Below are positions 58,887-64,000 of a stretch of DNA of 64,000 nucleotides, piece after piece. Where the stretch lies: positions 6,133 through 70,132 of the forward strand of contig CAJUKJ010000007.1 of NCBI GenBank assembly GCA_910587365.1. The letters run 5' to 3'. This DNA is from an uncultured Christensenellaceae bacterium (GTDB taxonomy: Bacteria > Bacillota > Clostridia > Christensenellales > Borkfalkiaceae). Each line of letters starts with the position of its first letter. Position 1 is the first letter of the stretch. The notes beneath the pieces are model-generated. The model had not been told where the DNA came from. It worked only from the letters and a program-made list of their open reading frames with translations, and did not search any database. The translations under genes and the position numbers were made by a program.

Positions 58887-59831
58887 ATGCAATATAAATA
58901 TTGGCTAAAAGAATGGCTTGAATGTTATGTCAAGCCTACATCTAAACGCAAAACTTATATAAGGTATTCGGAAATAATAACGGGACACTTAATGGGTACA
59001 CTCGGGAATTATGAGATGAACGCCTTGACTCCGCTCATATTGCAACGCTTCACAAAGGAGCTTTTACATAACGGAAATATAAAAACAGGGAAGGGTCTTT
59101 CGGCAAATTCGGTAAACGGCATAATAACCGTAATCCAGAACTCGTTAAAAGAGGCTTGTGCCATAGGGCATATAACTGAATATACGGCGGATAAAATTAA
59201 ACGTCCAAAGGTAAGAGAAAAACAGATAACGAGCTTTACACCCGCCGAACAGAAATTAATAGAACATGCAGTTTTAAGCGGTAAAAAATCTAAGATGTTC
59301 GGGGTGGTATTGTGCCTTTATACCGGCTTGCGCATAGGCGAACTTCTCGCGTTGGAATGGAAGGACATAGATTTCAGTAATGGAACAATCTCTGTTACGA
59401 AAACTTGTTACGATGGAAAGGACAATAACGGCAAATACACCCGCATAACAGATACACCCAAAACGCCGACTTCGCAAAGGGTAATTCCATTTCCAAAGCA
59501 ATTAATATCTTATTTAAAGAGTGTAAGAAAACAAGATAAATCTGATTTTGTAGTTTCTTCCGGTTCAAACAAGTCATTATCCGTAAGGGCATATCAGCGT
59601 AGTTTCGAATTGCTTTTGAAAAAATTAAATATTTCGCATAAGGGATTTCACGCGCTTCGCCATACCTTTGCGACGCGTGCGCTCGAATGCGGAATGGATG
59701 TAAAAACCCTTTCGGAAATACTCGGTCATAAAAATGCTACGGTAACTTTGAACAGATATGTACACAGCCTTATGGAGCATAAGAAAGATATGATGAACCG
59801 TGTAGGTAAGTTATTTACTATGGCAGTTTGA
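58887..59831 (+). CDS. Tyrosine site-specific recombinase (phage integrase family)
   Basis: TGLRIGELLAL (Arg I), HALRHTFAT (HxxR), LGH and NRYVH (catalytic Tyr), plus an N-terminal SAM-like core-binding domain. Confidence 0.85.
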   Translation: MQYKYWLKEWLECYVKPTSKRKTYIRYSEIITGHLMGTLGNYEMNALTPLILQRFTKELLHNGNIKTGKGLSANSVNGIITVIQNSLKEACAIGHITEYTADKIKRPKVREKQITSFTPAEQKLIEHAVLSGKKSKMFGVVLCLYTGLRIGELLALEWKDIDFSNGTISVTKTCYDGKDNNGKYTRITDTPKTPTSQRVIPFPKQLISYLKSVRKQDKSDFVVSSGSNKSLSVRAYQRSFELLLKKLNISHKGFHALRHTFATRALECGMDVKTLSEILGHKNATVTLNRYVHSLMEHKKDMMNRVGKLFTMAV

Positions 59832-59839
59832 TAAAGTAA

Positions 59840-59869
59840 TGGCGGCATCGGTAATTTTACCGATGCCGC
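59840..59869. other. 11-bp GC-rich hairpin after the recombinase gene
   Basis: GGCGGCATCGG / CCGATGCCGCC. There is no clear U-run on either strand. Confidence 0.5.
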
Positions 59870-59875
59870 CAATTG

Positions 59876-60046
59876 TCATCTAATACAATAATAGGTGGAA
59901 TTAAAGTATTCTTATTATATATCATTATGAACTAAAACGCAATAGATTATTAAAAACTTTCTCAAATCTGCAAGAAAAAAAGTCATATTATCTTCAAATA
60001 GGTGGTTGTTACTCATAAAAAGCAACCACCTATTATTGTATTAGGT
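59876..60046. repeat. 22-bp inverted repeats (21/22 match) flanking a 127-bp segment
   Basis: IRL is CATCTAATACAATAATAGGTGG (59876-59897). IRR is CCACCTATTATTGTATTAGGTG (60025-60046). A third partial copy, ATAGGTGGTTG (59997-60007), pairs with IRR to form a hairpin. Confidence 0.85.
59913..59941 (-). promoter_or_regulatory. Near-consensus promoter TTGCGT-17-TATAAT inside the IR-flanked segment, pointing away from the helicase gene
   Basis: On the minus strand: TTGCGT (59936-59941), 17-nt spacer, TATAAT (59913-59918). A second, weaker TTGCAG-16-AATAAT lies just upstream on the same strand. Confidence 0.55.
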
Positions 60047-60079
60047 GAACGTTTACGAAAGTAATTTGTACATCTAAAA

Positions 60080-62446
60080 ATGGCTAAATTCGAATTGTTT
60101 TCTCACAATTTAACAGCTTATCGGGCAGCGGTTGAAATGCTTGCCGAAACGGGCAAGGCGGCTATTATCCATCCCACGGGGACGGGTAAGTCTTTTATTG
60201 CTTTTAAGTTGTGCGAGGATAATGCGGATAAGCATATTTTATGGTTAAGCCCAAGCGAGTATATTTTCAAAACACAGCTTGAAAATCTGAGAGCGATTTC
60301 AAACGGCTACGTTCCTGAAAATATCGTTTTCTATACCTACGCTAAGCTCACGTATATGAGTGAAAAAGAAATCGAAAATATCAAGCCCGACTATATCATT
60401 TTGGACGAATTTCACCGTTGCGGTGCCGAAGTATGGGGAAAGGGTGTTCAGTCTGTTTTAGATACTTTTGCGGGCGTGCCTGTTCTTGGACTTTCTGCAA
60501 CGAATATCCGTTATTTGGATAACCAGCGAGATATGGCGGACGAATTATTTGAAGGCAACGTGGCAAGTGAAATGACGCTTGGCGAGGCAATAGTCAGAGG
60601 TATACTCAATCCGCCCAAGTATGTGCTTTCGGTATTTCAGTATAAGAAGGATGTACAAAAGTACAGCAAGCGCGTTCATAACGCAAAGAGTAAAGCCGTG
60701 CGTGACGAGGGCGAAAAGTTATTGGATAAGCTTCGCCGCGCGTTGGAAAATGCGGACGGATTACCGCAGATATTCAAAAAGCATATTCCCGTTCAAAACG
60801 GAAAGTATATCGTGTTCTGCGCCAATGTAGAACATATGACTGAAATGGTATCGCACGTTGACGAGTGGTTCGGCGACATAGACAGCAATCCGCACGTATA
60901 TAAAGCATATTCGGATGACCCCGAAACGAGCAAAGCGTTTGCAGGCTTTAAAAAGGATAACAGCGAACACTTAAAGTTGCTGTTCTGTATAGATATGCTC
61001 AATGAGGGAGTACACGTAGAGGACGTGAACGGCGTTATTCTTTTGCGCCCTACCGTATCGCCTATTATTTATAAACAGCAAATAGGACGTGCGCTTTCCG
61101 CAAGTAAGACAACCAATGCCGTTATATTCGACGTTGTAATGAATATCGAAAACCTGTATTCGATAGGAACAGTTCAAAACGAAATGCAGGTAGTTATTGG
61201 CTATTACCGCGAACACGGCATGGAAGACAGCATAATCAACGATCGTTTTAAAATCGTGGATGAAGTGCGCGATTGTGTGCAGCTGTTTGAAAAACTTAAC
61301 GATACGTTGGTTGCGTCTTGGGACTATATGTTTGCGGAGGCTAAAAAGTATTACGACTTAAACGGCAATTTGGAAGTACCCAAACGCTATAAGACGGACG
61401 AGGGATATTCACTCGGCAGTTGGTTAATGACGCAACGTAAAGTGCGCAGAGGAGAACAGTTCGGAATACTCGGCGAGGACAGAATTAAAAAGCTTGACAG
61501 CATAGGTATGGTTTGGGAGAGCTTCCGTGATTTGTCCTGGAACAGATACTACGATGCGGCTTTAAGCTATTATACCCAACACGGCGATTTAAAAGTTCCC
61601 GCGCAGTATGTTAAGGACGGTATAAAGCTCGGTTCATGGCTTTCCAATTTGCGTACTTACCGTAAATGCGGAGCGCAGAGCAATTACCTTACGGAAGAGA
61701 GAATTGCCGCACTGGATAGTATAGGAATGATATGGGACGTTTTGGATATGTTGTGGCAACGCAACTATGCTGCGGCGAAATTATATTTTGAACAGTATGG
61801 TAATCTTGACGTTTCCGTTGAGTACGTCAATGAAAACGGAGTTAAGCTTGGCGTTTGGCTGAATAACCTGCGAAATGCATATAAGGGTAAGTCGGGCGGT
61901 TACCGCCTTACGCAGGAGCAAATAGATGCTTTGACGAATATCGGTATGACATGGACTTGCAAGTTTGAAAGAGCTTGGGAGTGCGGTTATGCGCAGGCAG
62001 AGCAGTATTTTGCAGAATACGGCGACTTGAACGTTCCCGCAACTTATGCAACAAAGGACGGGTATATGCTCGGGCGTTGGCTTGATAGACAGCGTGAGCG
62101 TAAAGACAAGCTTTCTCAGGATAGAGTTGAAAGGTTGAATGCGCTTGGAATGGTTTGGGATAAGCCCGATTCTTGGGAAGTGCGTTATGCGCTTGCAAAG
62201 CAGTATTTTGACGAACACGGCAATTTGAACGTTCCGCCTAAATATATTGCGGACGGAGTATGGCTCAATAAGTGGCTTAACGAGCAGAAGCATATTTATC
62301 TCGGCAAGCGCAAAGGTAAGAGTTTAACCGCAGACCAAATAAAAAGACTTAACGCAATCGGTATGCGTTGGGGTAAGAGTGAAAGGGTTGTAGCCATTCC
62401 AAATATAAAAATAGCAAACGATAGAAAGAGAGCGATTGGCGTATGA
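60080..62446 (+). CDS. Superfamily-2 DEAD/DEAH-type helicase with five C-terminal helicase-associated (HA) repeats
   Basis: HPTGTGKS (motif I), ILDEFHRCG (motif II), SATN and QQIGRALS (motif VI). Five units of about 65 aa follow, each of the form W..Y..A..Y....G.L.VP..Y...G..LG.WL...R......L...R...L..IGM.W. Confidence 0.8.
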   Translation: MAKFELFSHNLTAYRAAVEMLAETGKAAIIHPTGTGKSFIAFKLCEDNADKHILWLSPSEYIFKTQLENLRAISNGYVPENIVFYTYAKLTYMSEKEIENIKPDYIILDEFHRCGAEVWGKGVQSVLDTFAGVPVLGLSATNIRYLDNQRDMADELFEGNVASEMTLGEAIVRGILNPPKYVLSVFQYKKDVQKYSKRVHNAKSKAVRDEGEKLLDKLRRALENADGLPQIFKKHIPVQNGKYIVFCANVEHMTEMVSHVDEWFGDIDSNPHVYKAYSDDPETSKAFAGFKKDNSEHLKLLFCIDMLNEGVHVEDVNGVILLRPTVSPIIYKQQIGRALSASKTTNAVIFDVVMNIENLYSIGTVQNEMQVVIGYYREHGMEDSIINDRFKIVDEVRDCVQLFEKLNDTLVASWDYMFAEAKKYYDLNGNLEVPKRYKTDEGYSLGSWLMTQRKVRRGEQFGILGEDRIKKLDSIGMVWESFRDLSWNRYYDAALSYYTQHGDLKVPAQYVKDGIKLGSWLSNLRTYRKCGAQSNYLTEERIAALDSIGMIWDVLDMLWQRNYAAAKLYFEQYGNLDVSVEYVNENGVKLGVWLNNLRNAYKGKSGGYRLTQEQIDALTNIGMTWTCKFERAWECGYAQAEQYFAEYGDLNVPATYATKDGYMLGRWLDRQRERKDKLSQDRVERLNALGMVWDKPDSWEVRYALAKQYFDEHGNLNVPPKYIADGVWLNKWLNEQKHIYLGKRKGKSLTADQIKRLNAIGMRWGKSERVVAIPNIKIANDRKRAIGV

Positions 62447-62739
62447 TTGAAAAGATTCTATTTGCTGACAGCGAATTATGCGCTGAGGAAGTTAAAAAAC
62501 TGTTTATCAAGGCGATTTGTGTTCCTAAAACAGTAATCACGGAAGAAGAAATTACCGAAAAAAATGACAATGCAGTTATCTGTTTATCCAATGGTTCCGA
62601 TTATACTTCCGTAGCTAAAAACCTTAATGCGCTTGGATATAAAACTGTTTTATTGGCTTATACCGATGAATTGTTAAAAGAAAAGATAGACAACAGTGAT
62701 TTGGAAAAACACGGATATAAATTTGAAGATGGAGTGTAG
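62443..62739 (+). CDS. Small hypothetical protein (98 aa)
   Basis: ATGA overlap with the helicase stop suggests translational coupling. No family recognised. Confidence 0.5.
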   Translation: MIEKILFADSELCAEEVKKLFIKAICVPKTVITEEEITEKNDNAVICLSNGSDYTSVAKNLNALGYKTVLLAYTDELLKEKIDNSDLEKHGYKFEDGV

Positions 62740-62741
62740 AT

Positions 62742-63956
62742 ATGAATATTAAATTTTCGCCGCCTGACATCTCGGAATCAGAAATACAAGAGGTTGCCGA
62801 AGCGTTAAGGTCGGGATGGATTACAACCGGACCGAGAGTGAAAAAACTTGAAAAATTAATCGCAGAATATGTGGATACTCCGAAATGTGTATGTCTTAAT
62901 TCGCAAACGGCTTGTGCTGAAATGGCTTTACGCATTCTTGGAATAGGCGAAGGCGACGAGGTAATTACGTCGGCATATACATACACCGCAACGGCTTCGG
63001 TAGTATGTCATGTCGGGGCAAAACTTGTACTTGTAGACACACAAAAAGACAGCCTTGAAATGGATTATGACGCTGTACAGTCTGCAATTACCGAACGCAC
63101 GAAGGCAATTATTTCCGTTGATTTAGGCGGTGTTCCGTGCGATTACGATAGAATTTTCGATATAGTAAACAGCAATAGAAAACTGTTTAAGCCTAATAAC
63201 GATATACAAAAAGCAATAGGGCGGATAGCTGTTTTAGCCGATACTGCCCACGCTTTTGGGGCGGAATGGCACGGAAAAAAAGTAGGCAGTATAGCGGATT
63301 TTTCAGCGTTTAGTTTTCATGCAGTTAAAAATTTTACAACGGGTGAAGGCGGTGCGCTTACTTGGCAACATATCGAAGGCGTTGATGATGAGGAGATTTA
63401 TCATCAATTGCAGTTACTGTCTTTACACGGACAGAGCAAAGACGCACTTGCAAAAACTCAGCTTGGAGCATGGGAGTACGACATTATCGGTACTTGGTAC
63501 AAATGCAATATGACCGATGTTGCAGCTGCTATGGGGTTGACACAGTTTGAACGTTATCCGCAAATGTTAAAGCGTCGGCGCGAAATAATCGAAAAATACG
63601 ATAATGCGTTTAAGCCGTCGGGCATAAAAGTTTTAACTCACTATTCTAAAAAATACTCTTCGTCGGGACATTTGTATATAACGCGAGTACCTAATATAAC
63701 TGCCGAACAGCGTAGTGAAATAATTACGCTTATGGCGCAAAAGGGCATTGCTTGCAATGTGCATTATAAGCCGCTTCCGATGCATACGGCTTATAAACAA
63801 CTCGGTTTTGATATAAGGAATTTTCCCAACGCTTATGCGCAGTATGCAAATGAAATTACTCTGCCTTTACACACTTGCCTTACCGATGAGGAAGTGGATT
63901 ATATAATCGAAAACTATTGCGAAATTGTTACCGAGTATTTGTATGCTGATTTGTAA
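62742..63956 (+). CDS. DegT/DnrJ/EryC1-family sugar aminotransferase
   Basis: SFHAVKNFTTGEGGA PLP-lysine region and a typical N-terminus (FSPPDISESEIQEV..LRSGWITTGP). Confidence 0.85.
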   Translation: MNIKFSPPDISESEIQEVAEALRSGWITTGPRVKKLEKLIAEYVDTPKCVCLNSQTACAEMALRILGIGEGDEVITSAYTYTATASVVCHVGAKLVLVDTQKDSLEMDYDAVQSAITERTKAIISVDLGGVPCDYDRIFDIVNSNRKLFKPNNDIQKAIGRIAVLADTAHAFGAEWHGKKVGSIADFSAFSFHAVKNFTTGEGGALTWQHIEGVDDEEIYHQLQLLSLHGQSKDALAKTQLGAWEYDIIGTWYKCNMTDVAAAMGLTQFERYPQMLKRRREIIEKYDNAFKPSGIKVLTHYSKKYSSSGHLYITRVPNITAEQRSEIITLMAQKGIACNVHYKPLPMHTAYKQLGFDIRNFPNAYAQYANEITLPLHTCLTDEEVDYIIENYCEIVTEYLYADL

Positions 63957-64000
63957 ATGGGAAAAGCTTCCCGAAGAGATGAAAAATGACGCCGTTTATC
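63943..64000 (+). CDS. 5' end of an ORF (possibly a sugar transferase); 3' end lies outside the window
   Basis: The ATG at 63943 overlaps the previous gene. It reads MLICKWEKLPEEMKNDAVY, which resembles N-termini of clostridial bacterial sugar transferases as I recall them. Very little sequence is available. Confidence 0.35.
   Translation, partial: MLICKWEKLPEEMKNDAVY

Overview
This window looks like the chromosome of a Clostridia-type spore-forming Firmicute. That is inferred from gene content: rnfCDGEAB, tig-clpP-clpX-lon-engB, rqcH and spoIIID. I recognised no rRNA, tRNA or CRISPR array.

Layout:
- 1-23.8 kb: GC-richer housekeeping genes. These include an ABC/FtsX transporter, a surface flavinylation module (FMN-binding lipoprotein, ApbE, NusG-II protein), the Rnf complex, an M18 aminopeptidase, RqcH and the trigger factor/Clp/Lon/EngB cluster.
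- 23.9-27.8 kb: an AT-rich islet with a divergent sigma factor, a secreted papain-fold peptidase-like protein, a membrane protein and three small paralogous HTH proteins.
- 27.8-54.2 kb: a block of about 26 kb bracketed by near-identical direct repeats of about 275-281 bp. Each repeat carries the spoIIID promoter and codons 1-39.
- 54.5-64 kb: an activase/dehydratase-like gene pair, a tyrosine recombinase next to a candidate invertible promoter, a helicase with five HA repeats, and the start of a second glycan locus.

The 26-kb block holds a permease and a very AT-rich 17-kb polysaccharide locus (rmlABC, ugd, Wzx/Wzy, five glycosyltransferases plus one putative glycosyltransferase-like ORF). 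It also holds a decayed mobilizable element: a YonO/RdRP-like polymerase, MobC, a relaxase, a large serine recombinase and IS200 tnpA, all disrupted. Only the right-hand repeat continues into an intact spoIIID.

The most interesting items are:
- the fossil-like intervening element in spoIIID, apparently rescued by a duplication;
- the candidate invertible promoter at 59876-60046;
- an RnfG with three FMN-binding domains, produced by a recent 423-bp tandem duplication.

All functional calls come from reading the translated ORFs and the DNA by eye. No searches were run.
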